DNA of 63,872 nucleotides, filler included, from Acidimicrobiia bacterium (lineage in GTDB: Bacteria; Actinomycetota; Acidimicrobiia; Spongiisociales; SHLN01), in the NCBI GenBank assembly GCA_041619515.1. It is 3 parts of 3 records of this genome, joined end to end, with 100 filler letters (N's around TTAATTAATTAA, not from the genome) between each part and the next. Parts side by side here need not be neighbours in the genome. Positions count along the whole stretch, not along the records: positions 1 to 25,690 come from JBFKDW010000041.1; 2 more parts are not named here. One strand, given 5' to 3'. The translations under genes were made by a program, and so were the position numbers. Every line of letters starts with the position of its first letter. Within the stretch, counting starts at the first letter, position 1. Shown here piece by piece: positions 10,244 to 19,524 of the stretch. The notes beneath the pieces are model-generated. The model was not told the origin of the DNA. It saw only the letters and a list, made by a program, of their open reading frames with translations, and did not search any database.

Positions 10244-10468
10244 CCCGGGTCGTCTCGGACCGAACCACCTCGCACCGGCCCTCGTATTGGGCCTCGGCCG
10301 GATAGCTCCCGACCCGCGCCCGCCACTTCAGCCGAAGTCACGCACTAGTCCCGCAGGGTGCCGACGCAATGATTCGCCAACCCGATGACAACCACTCTCC
10401 GTGGTCGTACCGTGTGGGTAGAAGGTTTGAGCGGGAAGCAATACCTCGAAAACAGCGGGCGGAACGGA

Positions 10469-10504
10469 CGAAGACACTCCCCACGGCATCGGGGAGTGTT
10501 TTCG
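10469..10504 (+). terminator. Intrinsic terminator-like hairpin
   Basis: CGAAGACACTCCCC-ACGGCATC-GGGGAGTGTTTTCG; 14-bp stem with one G-T pair and a T-run. Confidence 0.65.
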
Positions 10505-10548
10505 CGTGGGGAGCCGAGTGCGAGGTTGCCACCTGCCAGACTCACCGG

Positions 10549-11052
10549 GTGATCACGCTCCGCCCCTTCCAAGACGACGACTGGCCGGGGGTCTGGGCGG
10601 TCCTCGAGCCGATCTTTCGGGCCGGAGAGACCTACGCCTATCCGACCGACATCAGCGAGCAGGCGGCTCGCGGAGCTTGGATCGACAAGCCCGTCGCGAC
10701 GTACGTCGCTGTCGAGGGCGAACAGTTGCTCGGGACCTACTACCTGATCGCCAACCAGCCGGGCCGGGGTGCGCACGTCTGCAACTGTGGGTATGCGGTC
10801 GCCGAGCCGGCACGGGGGAGGGGCATCGCCACCCGCATGTGTGAGCACTCCCAGGCCGAGGCCATCCGTCTCGGGTTCCGGGCCATGCAGTACAACCTGG
10901 TGGCGTCGTCCAACCACGAGGCGGTGCGGCTGTGGGAAAAGCTCGGCTTTGCGATCGTGGGGACGCTGCCCGGCGCCTTTCACCATCCGGCCCTCGGGTA
11001 CGTCGACGCCCACGTCATGTTCAAGAACCTGGTCGACGCTCGACCGGGCTGA
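10549..11052 (+). CDS. GNAT family N-acetyltransferase
   Basis: GETYAYP, HVCNCGY, ARGRGIA, GFRAMQYNLV..N..AVRLWEKLGF. Confidence 0.9.
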   Translation: MITLRPFQDDDWPGVWAVLEPIFRAGETYAYPTDISEQAARGAWIDKPVATYVAVEGEQLLGTYYLIANQPGRGAHVCNCGYAVAEPARGRGIATRMCEHSQAEAIRLGFRAMQYNLVASSNHEAVRLWEKLGFAIVGTLPGAFHHPALGYVDAHVMFKNLVDARPG

Positions 11053-11168
11053 AGGCCCGGCTCCCCGACGAGCGAACGGCCGGTGGGCCCAGGAAGGTGG
11101 GAGCGGCCGGCGGGAACCCGCACGCGCCGGGATGCTCACCCGGGCCGGGGCTACCTATCATCACGCGG

Positions 11169-13760
11169 ATGAAGCCCACCTACGACCCGGCCGCGGTCGA
11201 AGCCGATTGGTACGACATCTGGGAGAAATCGGGCGTGTTCGCCCCCGAGCACAACCCGGACGGTGACCCGTTTTGCATCGTGCTCCCCCCTCCCAACGTC
11301 ACCGGTGTGCTCCACATGGGCCACGCCCTCAACCACCTCATCCACGACGTCATCATCCGCCGCAAGCGCATGCAGGGCTTCCGGGTGCTGTGGCTGCCCG
11401 GCACCGACCACGCCGGGATCGCCACCCAGACGGTGGTGGAACGCGAGCTTGCCCGCGAGGGCTTGACCCGCCACGACCTCGGGCGGGAAGCATTCGTGGA
11501 ACAGGTCTGGCAGTGGAAGGCGAAGTCGCACGCCACCGTCACCCGCCAGATGCGCCAGCTCGGTGATTCGGTCGACTGGACGCGTGAGCGGTTCACCATG
11601 GACGAAGGGTTGTCGGCCGCGGTTCGCGAGGTGTTCGTGCGCCTGTACGAGAAGGACATCATCTATCGGGGGAACCGGATCATCAATTGGTGCCCGCAGG
11701 ACCACACCGCCCTCTCCGACATCGAGGTCGAATATGAAGAGACGGCCGGAGAGCTGGTCTTCATCAACTACCCGTTCACGGACGGTTCCGGCCACATCAC
11801 GGTGGCGACCACCCGGGCCGAAACCATGCTCGGAGACACCGGCGTAGCGGTGCATCCCGACGACGAGCGGTACACCCACGCGGTCGGAAAGACCGTCGTG
11901 CTGCCGCTCATGGATCGCGAGATCCCGGTGGTCGCCGACGATGCCGTGGACCCGGAGTTCGGCACCGGAGCGGTGAAGGTCACGCCCGCCCACGACCCGA
12001 ACGACTTTGAGATCGGCAGCCGCCACGGGCTCGAGAGCGTCAACATCTTCACGGTCGAGGCCGAGGTCAACGAGAACGGAGGGCAGTTCGCAGGCCTCGA
12101 TCGTCTCGATGCCCGCCGGGTCGTCAAGCAGGCGCTGGCAGAGGGCGATTTTCTCGACCATGTCGAAGAGCGCACGCATTCAGTGGGCCACTGCTACCGG
12201 TGCAACACGATCGTCGAGCCTTACCTGTCGCTGCAATGGTTCGTGAACGTCCGCCCGCTGGTGGGGCCGGCCATCGATGCGGTTCGCGACGGGCGAACGC
12301 GGTTCGTTCCGCAACGATGGGAGAACAGCTACTTCCACTGGATGGAGAACCTGCGGGATTGGTGCATCAGCCGCCAGATCTGGTGGGGCCATCGCATACC
12401 TGCGTGGTATTGCGGAGACTGTGACCAGGTGATCGTTGCGATCGAGGATCCGGTCGCCTGTCCCAACTGTGCGGGCTCGGATCTGCGCCAGGACGAGGAT
12501 GTGCTCGACACGTGGTTCTCGTCGGCGCTGTGGCCATTCAGCACACTCGGGTGGCCCGAAGAGACGCCCGATCTGACCACGTTCTACCCCAACACGGTGC
12601 TGGTGACCGGTTTCGACATCATCTATTTCTGGGTGGCGAGAATGATGAAGATGGGCCTCGAGTTCATGGACCAGGTGCCGTTTTCCGATGTCGTCATACA
12701 CGGATTGGTTCGCACCCCCGACGGTCGCAAGATGTCGAAATCACTCGGCAACGCAATCGACCCGCTCGACGTCATCGAGTCCCATGGCGCAGACCCTCTC
12801 CGGCTTGCCATCGTGCAGGCAGCAGCTCCCGGCCAGGACGTGCCGTTCGACATGGAATGGGTGGAGGGGGCGCGCAAGTTCGGCAACAAGCTGTGGAACG
12901 CCGCCCGATTCGTCCTCGGACACGTCGAGCCCGGAAGCGTCCCGGCCGACGGTGGCTATCCCGAGGATCCCGGGCCGGAAGCGGCCTGGGTGCTCTCGCG
13001 CCTGCACGCGACCATCGAGCGGTTCAACCTCCTGGCCGACGAGTACCGCTTCAGCGACGCCTACGGCCTCCTCTACAACTTCGCCTGGTCGGAAGTGTTC
13101 GACTGGTACCTCGAGTTGTCCAAGGCATCCATGGCCGACGCCGGCTCGGGTGCCGCCACCCGCCAGACCCTGGGCGTGGTGATGCGGGACCTTCTCAAGC
13201 TGTTCCACCCGGCCATTCCCTATGTGACCGAGGAGCTGTGGAAGGAGCTGGTCGACGACGGCCTGCTGGCCGGAGCCGCCTGGCCCGATCCGCGGCCGGT
13301 GGCGGCCCCGCGCTCGATGGAGGTGTTTCAGGAGCTGGTGGGGGGCATTCGCCGGTTCCGGTCCTCGCACCAGCTTTCGCCCAAGCGGGGGCTGACGATG
13401 CACATAGCCGACCCCGAGTCGGTTGCCGAACCGTGGTGGTGGGCGCAGCTTGCATCGCTCGTGGCGGTGGCGCCGGAGCTGGGAGCCCTCGAATCGACGC
13501 AGGGCTTCACCCGGGTGGTTGCCGGGCCTGTCCAGGGCTTCTTGCCGCTCGACGGGGTGGCGGATCTCGACGCCGAGCGAAACCGGCTTGAACGGGCGCT
13601 GTCGGCGGCCGAGGAGGACTACGCCCTCGCCGATCGCAAGCTCTCCAACCCGAGCTTCCGCGACCGTGCTCCGGCCGAGATCGTGGCCAAAGAGGAGCAG
13701 AAGCGCATCGAGGCGGAGGCCACGATGTCCAAGCTGCGTTCTCAGCTCGCCGAGCTGTGA
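11169..13760 (+). CDS. valS: Valine--tRNA ligase
   Basis: PPPNVTG.LHMGH (HIGH), DHAGIATQ, WCISRQ, DVLDTWFSS, KMSKS, C-terminal coiled coil. Confidence 0.97.
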   Translation: MKPTYDPAAVEADWYDIWEKSGVFAPEHNPDGDPFCIVLPPPNVTGVLHMGHALNHLIHDVIIRRKRMQGFRVLWLPGTDHAGIATQTVVERELAREGLTRHDLGREAFVEQVWQWKAKSHATVTRQMRQLGDSVDWTRERFTMDEGLSAAVREVFVRLYEKDIIYRGNRIINWCPQDHTALSDIEVEYEETAGELVFINYPFTDGSGHITVATTRAETMLGDTGVAVHPDDERYTHAVGKTVVLPLMDREIPVVADDAVDPEFGTGAVKVTPAHDPNDFEIGSRHGLESVNIFTVEAEVNENGGQFAGLDRLDARRVVKQALAEGDFLDHVEERTHSVGHCYRCNTIVEPYLSLQWFVNVRPLVGPAIDAVRDGRTRFVPQRWENSYFHWMENLRDWCISRQIWWGHRIPAWYCGDCDQVIVAIEDPVACPNCAGSDLRQDEDVLDTWFSSALWPFSTLGWPEETPDLTTFYPNTVLVTGFDIIYFWVARMMKMGLEFMDQVPFSDVVIHGLVRTPDGRKMSKSLGNAIDPLDVIESHGADPLRLAIVQAAAPGQDVPFDMEWVEGARKFGNKLWNAARFVLGHVEPGSVPADGGYPEDPGPEAAWVLSRLHATIERFNLLADEYRFSDAYGLLYNFAWSEVFDWYLELSKASMADAGSGAATRQTLGVVMRDLLKLFHPAIPYVTEELWKELVDDGLLAGAAWPDPRPVAAPRSMEVFQELVGGIRRFRSSHQLSPKRGLTMHIADPESVAEPWWWAQLASLVAVAPELGALESTQGFTRVVAGPVQGFLPLDGVADLDAERNRLERALSAAEEDYALADRKLSNPSFRDRAPAEIVAKEEQKRIEAEATMSKLRSQLAEL

Positions 13761-13767
13761 TGCCGGC

Positions 13768-15069
13768 GTGACGTACGAAGAGGCGGTCGCCTACCTGGAG
13801 CGCCATGCCGGGCGGGGTATCCGCCCCGGGCTGGAGCAGATCGCCGGAGTGCTGGAGATGATGGGCGACCCTCACCTGAGCTACCCCGTGATCCACGTCA
13901 CGGGAAGCAAGGGCAAGACCTCGGTTGCCCGCATGGTCACGCTGCTGGCCGCAGCCCACGGCCTGTCGGTTGGTACCTACACCAGCCCACACCTCGAGGC
14001 CGTCGAGGAGCGGTTTTCGTACAACAATCAGCAGGCGACGGCAGCCGAGTTCGCTCAGGCCGTGACCGACGCAGCCGCCTTCGACTCGCTCATCGACGAT
14101 GAGCCTGAACGACGCCTCACCTACTTCGAGTTCGCCACTGTGGTGGGCTTCAGCTGGTTCGCCGAGCGTGCGGTCGAGCTCGGCGTCATCGAGGTCGGCC
14201 TGGGGGGTCGACTCGACGCCACCAATGTGGTCCAGTCGGAGGTCGCGGTCGTGACTTCGGTGGCCCTGGAGCACACCGAGTACCTGGGTGACACGCTTGG
14301 GTCGGTCGCCACCGAGAAGGCCGCCATTCTCAAGCCCGGCGGCATTCTGGTGACCGGTGAGCTTTCTCCCGAGGCCGACGCGGTGATGAGCGCACGAGCA
14401 TCGGAGGTGGGCGCTCCCCATCTCGCTCTCGGCCGGGACTTCCGGCTGGAGGAGCCGGTGCGGGCGGTGGGAGGCTGGGACATCGAAATCGAGGGCGTGT
14501 ACGAGCAGTACGACGAGGTTCATATGCCCGTCCACGGGCGCCACCAACTCGAGAATGCGGCGATCGCGGTGGCGGCCGCCGAACAGCTGCTGGGGCGGGC
14601 GCTCGACGTCGAAGCGGTCCGCGACGGGTTTGCCGCCTTGACACTTCCCGGCCGGCTGGAAGTTGTCGAGCGCCACCCGCTCGTCGTCATCGATGGGGCC
14701 CACACCCCCGAGTCGATGCGAGCCGGAGCCGCAGCTCTCGACGAGGAGTTCCCGCCCTTCCTGTGGAAGGTGGTTTTCGGGGCTCTCGGAGACAAGAAGC
14801 TCGTGGAGCTGCTGGCCGAGCTCGGCGGGATCGCCGGCGAGGTGTTCGCCGTCCCGGCTCCCAGTGACCGGTCGATCCCGGCCGAGGAGGTAGCCGCCGC
14901 CGCCCGCTCCGCCCTCCCGAATCGGCCGGTCCATGTAGCCGCCTCGGTTGGCGAGGGGGTGAGCGCCGCCCGCCATGCGGCCGGGGACGATGGCGCTGTG
15001 CTCATCACGGGGTCCATGTACGTTGCGGGCGAGGCGCGTAGCCTGCTGGCCAATACCGAGAGGAGTTGA
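13768..15069 (+). CDS. folC: Folylpolyglutamate synthase/dihydrofolate synthase
   Basis: HVTGSKGKTS, YTSPHL, EVGLGGRLDATNV, PGRLE, DGAHTP, TGSMY. Confidence 0.95.
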   Translation: MTYEEAVAYLERHAGRGIRPGLEQIAGVLEMMGDPHLSYPVIHVTGSKGKTSVARMVTLLAAAHGLSVGTYTSPHLEAVEERFSYNNQQATAAEFAQAVTDAAAFDSLIDDEPERRLTYFEFATVVGFSWFAERAVELGVIEVGLGGRLDATNVVQSEVAVVTSVALEHTEYLGDTLGSVATEKAAILKPGGILVTGELSPEADAVMSARASEVGAPHLALGRDFRLEEPVRAVGGWDIEIEGVYEQYDEVHMPVHGRHQLENAAIAVAAAEQLLGRALDVEAVRDGFAALTLPGRLEVVERHPLVVIDGAHTPESMRAGAAALDEEFPPFLWKVVFGALGDKKLVELLAELGGIAGEVFAVPAPSDRSIPAEEVAAAARSALPNRPVHVAASVGEGVSAARHAAGDDGAVLITGSMYVAGEARSLLANTERS

Positions 15070-15070
15070 C

Positions 15071-15493
15071 ATGGCCGTCGAGGACACGTTCGTGATGGTG
15101 AAGCCCGATGGGGTCAGACGCGGCCTGGTGGGCGAGGTGATCGGCCGCATGGAGCGTAAAGGGCTGAAGCTCGAGCACATCCGCCAGATGGTGATTTCTG
15201 AGGAGACGGCAACCCGCCACTACGCCGAGCACACAGACAAGCCGTTCTTCCCCGAGCTCCTCGAGTTCATAACCAGCGGGCCGGTGGTTGCAACGTGGTG
15301 GTCCGGTGAATCGGCGGTATCGGTGGCCCGCACCCTCATGGGGCCCACCAACCCCGCCGACGCCCCACCCGGAACCCTGCGGGGCGACTACGGCCTCATC
15401 GTCACCGAGAACATCGTCCACGGCTCGGACTCGACCGAGAGTGCCCAGAGGGAGCTGGACATCTTCTTCCATCGGCAGCGGCGCGGCGGCTGA
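15071..15493 (+). CDS. ndk: Nucleoside diphosphate kinase
   Basis: KPDGV.RGLVGE, HYAEH, PGTLRGD, N.VHGSD. Confidence 0.97.
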   Translation: MAVEDTFVMVKPDGVRRGLVGEVIGRMERKGLKLEHIRQMVISEETATRHYAEHTDKPFFPELLEFITSGPVVATWWSGESAVSVARTLMGPTNPADAPPGTLRGDYGLIVTENIVHGSDSTESAQRELDIFFHRQRRGG

Positions 15494-15495
15494 GC

Positions 15496-16008
15496 GTGAT
15501 TCGGCCCGCCACGTTGCACGATGCCCCCCGGCTGGCCGAGATCCACATCGCCTCGTGGCAGGCCGCCTATGTCGACCTGCTCCCAGCCGATTTTCTGGCA
15601 GGTCTCACCGATGAACTGGGCAAACGCACCGAGCAATGGGAGGACTGGCTGAGCACCGAAAGCCCGCGCCGCGCCGTCCTGGTCGCAGCCGACGGCGATG
15701 AGGTGGTCGGGTTCGCACACACCGGGCCCAGCAGCGACCGGGACCTCGATCCGGATCGAGTGGGAGAGCTCTACGCCATGTACCTCGATCCCAATCACTT
15801 CAGACGGGGGTGGGGTTCCCAGCTCATGGCGGCGGTGTTCGAAACGCTGCGGGACGGAGGCTTCAGCGAGTCGGCGCTGTGGGTGATGACGGACAACCTG
15901 GTCGCCCGGGCCTTCTACAAGGGGGCCGGCTGGGAAGCAGACGGAACCACGGCCGACCAGTGTCTCGGGATCACGATCCCGGCGGTCCGGTATCGGGCGA
16001 TCCTCTGA
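15496..16008 (+). CDS. GNAT family N-acetyltransferase
   Basis: IRPAT..DA, SWQAAY, ELYAMYLDP...RRGWG, LWV..N..ARAFY..GW. Confidence 0.9.
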   Translation: MIRPATLHDAPRLAEIHIASWQAAYVDLLPADFLAGLTDELGKRTEQWEDWLSTESPRRAVLVAADGDEVVGFAHTGPSSDRDLDPDRVGELYAMYLDPNHFRRGWGSQLMAAVFETLRDGGFSESALWVMTDNLVARAFYKGAGWEADGTTADQCLGITIPAVRYRAIL

Positions 16009-16032
16009 GCCCGGCGGCAGCGCCGCCGGTCT

Positions 16033-16782
16033 TCACGTGAGGGCTGTGACCATCTTCGGCAGCACCTCGCCGGCGGCACCGGCAACGAGGACGTCGGCCA
16101 GGTAGTCCTGGTCGGTGGCGCCCTGGTTGACGATGACGTACCCCGCCCCGGTTTGCTTGGCCTCCATCGGCACGTAGGCGGCCGGATACACCGAGAGGGT
16201 CGATCCGATGGCGATCACCGCGTCGCAGCGGACGGCGAGATCACTCGCCATCTCCACTTCTGGCACCGGCATCGCCTGCCCGAATGAGATCACTGCCACT
16301 TTGATGATGCCTCCGCACACGGGGCACATGGGATCTGTTTCGCCGGCGTCGACTCGTGCCAGCACTTCGCTCGTCGGCCAGCCGGCGTCACACTCCAGGC
16401 ATTCGACGTTGCGCACGTTTCCGTGGAGCTCGACGACCGCCTCCGGTGGCAGGCCGGCGGCCTGATGGAGGCCGTCGATGTTCTGGGTGACCACTCCGAG
16501 CAGGATTCCGGCCTTCCACAGGTCGACGAGCGCCCGGTGGGCGTCATTTGGCGCCGCCTCGAGGATGCCCGACTGCTTGCGCATCTCCCACGACCGTTGC
16601 CGGGTTTCCCGCCTGGTGACATACTTGTCGAACGTGAACTCAGAGGGATCGATGCGGGTCCAGACCCCGTTCGGGCCCCGGAAGTCGGGTATGCCGGACT
16701 CGGTGGAGATGCCGGCTCCCGTGAATGCGAGCAGACGCCGTTTGCCCCGGAGAAGTCGAACGGCTGCGTCGAGGGCTTCCAT
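16033..16782 (-). CDS. cobB: Sir2-family NAD-dependent protein deacylase
   Basis: TGAGISTESGIPDFRG, TQNIDGLH, ELHG, two CxxC, GSTLSVYPAA. Confidence 0.93.
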   Translation of the reverse strand: MEALDAAVRLLRGKRRLLAFTGAGISTESGIPDFRGPNGVWTRIDPSEFTFDKYVTRRETRQRSWEMRKQSGILEAAPNDAHRALVDLWKAGILLGVVTQNIDGLHQAAGLPPEAVVELHGNVRNVECLECDAGWPTSEVLARVDAGETDPMCPVCGGIIKVAVISFGQAMPVPEVEMASDLAVRCDAVIAIGSTLSVYPAAYVPMEAKQTGAGYVIVNQGATDQDYLADVLVAGAAGEVLPKMVTALT

Positions 16783-16915
16783 AACGAAACGGTAGCCGGG
16801 TCCCGGGCCGGGAGCGCCTAAGCTGAAGTCGCGGGGCACCAGTCGGGTCGCGAAATCCGGATAGCGCGAAAACCTGGCCACAGGTACACTGACTGCTCGC
16901 TGACACGCAAGGAAA

Positions 16916-17950
16916 TTGGTGGCTGACTCGCTCTTCTCGTTCGCTGGCCGGGATATGGCAATCGACCTGGGTACTGCAAACACCCTGGTGTACGTGCGCG
17001 GTCAGGGGATCGTGCTGAACGAGCCCTCGGTGGTTGCGATCAACACCCAGACCAACCGGGCTCTGGCAGTCGGCATGGAAGCCAAGCGGATGATCGGCCG
17101 CACCCCTTCGTACATTCAGGCGATTCGTCCGTTGCGCGACGGCGTCATCAGCGACTTCGACATCACCGAGAAGATGCTGCGCTATTTCATACAGAAGGTC
17201 CATCGCCGCCGCTGGGCACGACCCCGCATCGTCATCTGTGTCCCATCGGGCATCACGGGCGTCGAGCGCCGGGCGGTCGAGGAGGCGGCCTATCACGCCG
17301 GTGCCCGCCGCGCCTATACGATCGAAGAGCCAATGGCGGCCGCCATCGGGGTGCATCTTCCCGTGCACGAGCCGACCGGGTCGATGATCGTCGACATCGG
17401 AGGTGGCACCACCGAGGTGGCGGTGATTTCGCTCGGTGGGATCGTGGTCTCCAAGAGCATCCGCGTCGGCGGTGACGAGCTCGACGAAGCCATCATCCAG
17501 TGGGTGAAGAAGGAGTACAACCTCATGCTGGGCGAGCGCACCGCCGAGCAGATCAAGATGGCGATCGGATCGGCCTATCCCTACCGCGACGAACCGGCCG
17601 CAGAGGTGCGAGGCCGCGACCTCATCTCCGGTCTCCCCAAGACCGTGGTGGTGGCCTCCCAGGAGATCAGGGAGGCGATCGAGGAGCCGGTGCAGGCGAT
17701 CATCGATGCCGTCAAGTTCACTCTCGACAAGACGCCACCGGAGCTGTCGGGGGACATCATGGAGCACGGGATCACCATCACCGGCGGTGGAGCGTTGCTG
17801 CGTGGAACCGACGTGCGGCTGGCGCACGAAACCGGCATGCCGATCATCACCGTCGACAAGCCGCTGCATTCGGTGGTCATGGGCTCGGGGCAGACCCTGG
17901 AGGAATTCGACGTGCTGCAAAGCGTGTTGATCTCATCTGCCCGACCGTAG
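16916..17950 (+). CDS. mreB: Rod shape-determining protein MreB
   Basis: IDLGTANT, NEPSVVA, PLRDGVI.DF, EEPMAAAIG, DIGGGTTE, TGGGALL; start TTG 16916 or GTG 16919. Confidence 0.97.
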   Translation: MVADSLFSFAGRDMAIDLGTANTLVYVRGQGIVLNEPSVVAINTQTNRALAVGMEAKRMIGRTPSYIQAIRPLRDGVISDFDITEKMLRYFIQKVHRRRWARPRIVICVPSGITGVERRAVEEAAYHAGARRAYTIEEPMAAAIGVHLPVHEPTGSMIVDIGGGTTEVAVISLGGIVVSKSIRVGGDELDEAIIQWVKKEYNLMLGERTAEQIKMAIGSAYPYRDEPAAEVRGRDLISGLPKTVVVASQEIREAIEEPVQAIIDAVKFTLDKTPPELSGDIMEHGITITGGGALLRGTDVRLAHETGMPIITVDKPLHSVVMGSGQTLEEFDVLQSVLISSARP

Positions 17951-18136
17951 GAGGCTGTTCGCAATGCAAGGCAGGCATCTTGGCGGTGGGAGCCCCCCGC
18001 TTTCCGGCTGCGAATCGCCCCGGCGGCCTCTCACCGGCACCGCCGACCCATCCGCATGATCCGTCTCTCCCCGTGCATACTCCGGCACCTCAACCCTCCC
18101 CCCAGCGGTGCTGGGGGGACTGACATTTGAGTCGCC

Positions 18137-19018
18137 ATGCTGACCAATCAGCGCTTCGCCCGCTCCACCGCCCTGTTCATCTCCCTGATGATTCTCTCCT
18201 TCCTGTTGATGACCTTCGATGTCCGCTCCGAGGGTGGTGGGGTGACCGGAACTCTTCGCGACGGTGTGCGGACGCTCCTCGATCCGGTCCAATCGGCGGT
18301 GACGGCGGTCATCCGTCCCGTCGCCGACGCAGTCGATGCAACCGTCAACCTGGCCGGCCTGCGGGCAGAGAACGACCGCCTGCGAGAGGATCTGCAAGAG
18401 GCCAACCGCACGCTGGCCGAAACCGAGAGCATCAGGGCCGAGAACGAGGTGCTGCGCGATCTGCTGCAGCTCGAGCTTCCTGGTGAGTTGCTCTCCCGCA
18501 GCGTCGTGGCGAGGGTCCAGGCGGGAGGCAGCTCGAACTTCGATTTCTCTGTGGTGCTCAACAAGGGCGCCGACGAAGGCATCACCGTCGGCCAGCCGGT
18601 GGTCAACCTGCAAGGACTGGTCGGCCACATCGATTCGGTCACCTCCAACAGTGCCACGGTCAAGCTGCTCACCGATCCCGACCATGCCGTTGCGGTGCGG
18701 CTGGTCGGATCCGGGTTCGTTGGCATCGCCGAGGGACGGGGCTCCAGCGACCTGAAATTCGTCAGCTCGGAGGCCGACGGCCCGGTCAGCGAGGGGGAGG
18801 TGGTGGTGACGTTTGCCAACCGGTACCCGGCCGGGCTGGTCGTCGGGACCGTCGCCCGTGCGGCAGAACCCGCCGCCGGCGCCGGCATCCTCACGACCAT
18901 CGAACCCGCCGTCGACTTCGAGCGGCTCGACTTCGTGCGGGTGGTCTTCTACCTGCCGGGAGCCGGTGACGACGGAGCGACCGATGAGGAGGGCCCAGAC
19001 GGCGGGGAGGTTCCGTGA
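18137..19018 (+). CDS. mreC: Rod shape-determining protein MreC
   Basis: N-terminal TM, coiled coil (ENDRLR..ENEVLR.LL), NKG..G...G.PV...GLVG, YPAG..VG; position after mreB. Confidence 0.92.
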   Translation: MLTNQRFARSTALFISLMILSFLLMTFDVRSEGGGVTGTLRDGVRTLLDPVQSAVTAVIRPVADAVDATVNLAGLRAENDRLREDLQEANRTLAETESIRAENEVLRDLLQLELPGELLSRSVVARVQAGGSSNFDFSVVLNKGADEGITVGQPVVNLQGLVGHIDSVTSNSATVKLLTDPDHAVAVRLVGSGFVGIAEGRGSSDLKFVSSEADGPVSEGEVVVTFANRYPAGLVVGTVARAAEPAAGAGILTTIEPAVDFERLDFVRVVFYLPGAGDDGATDEEGPDGGEVP

Positions 19019-19524
19019 GGTTCCGGCATCTCAACGTCGCCCTCGCGCTGGGCATCGTCGCGGTGATCCTGCAGACCACGCTGTTCGACCGCTATCTCGA
19101 TCCGTTCGACGTGGCGCCCGACTTCGTGCTGCTCGTCGTGGTCGCCGCCTCCTACCAGCTCTCCGAGGAGGCGGCCATGCTGCTCGGCTTCAGCGCCGGC
19201 CTGCTCACGGACCTCCTCGGCAACACGCTGCTGGGGGTGTGGGCGCTCGTGCTGACCGTGGCAGCCTATGTGACGGTGCGGATCCGCCCGCGAGTGGAGG
19301 GCAACACCTTTCTCACGCTGGCCTCGATCTTCGTCCTAACGGTGGGCGGTGAGCTGTTGTACGCCACCCTCGGTACCCTCTTTGGACAACAGGTGTTCTC
19401 GGACGTGAATGCGTTCAAAAAGGTGCTGCTGGCCGCCGTGTACAACCTCATCCTCGCCATCGGAGTGCTTCCCCTCACCGCACGCCTCATGCGGCGGGAC
19501 CCGGCTGCGGGAGTATGGGCGTGA
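19015..19524 (+). CDS. mreD: Rod shape-determining protein MreD
   Basis: Hydrophobic 169 aa, PDFVLL, GF.AGLL.D; overlaps mreC stop. Confidence 0.9.
   Translation: MRFRHLNVALALGIVAVILQTTLFDRYLDPFDVAPDFVLLVVVAASYQLSEEAAMLLGFSAGLLTDLLGNTLLGVWALVLTVAAYVTVRIRPRVEGNTFLTLASIFVLTVGGELLYATLGTLFGQQVFSDVNAFKKVLLAAVYNLILAIGVLPLTARLMRRDPAAGVWA

Noticed and set aside
11053..11168. T-box riboswitch before valS
   Set aside because: Only a loose AAGGTGGGAGC resemblance, no stem I or terminator, and valS appears leaderless (TATCAT 7 nt before ATG).
16033..16782. Sir2 protein as an anti-phage defence gene (Thoeris/DSR)
   Set aside because: Canonical ~250-aa zinc-binding CobB-type deacylase in a housekeeping context with no defence partners.
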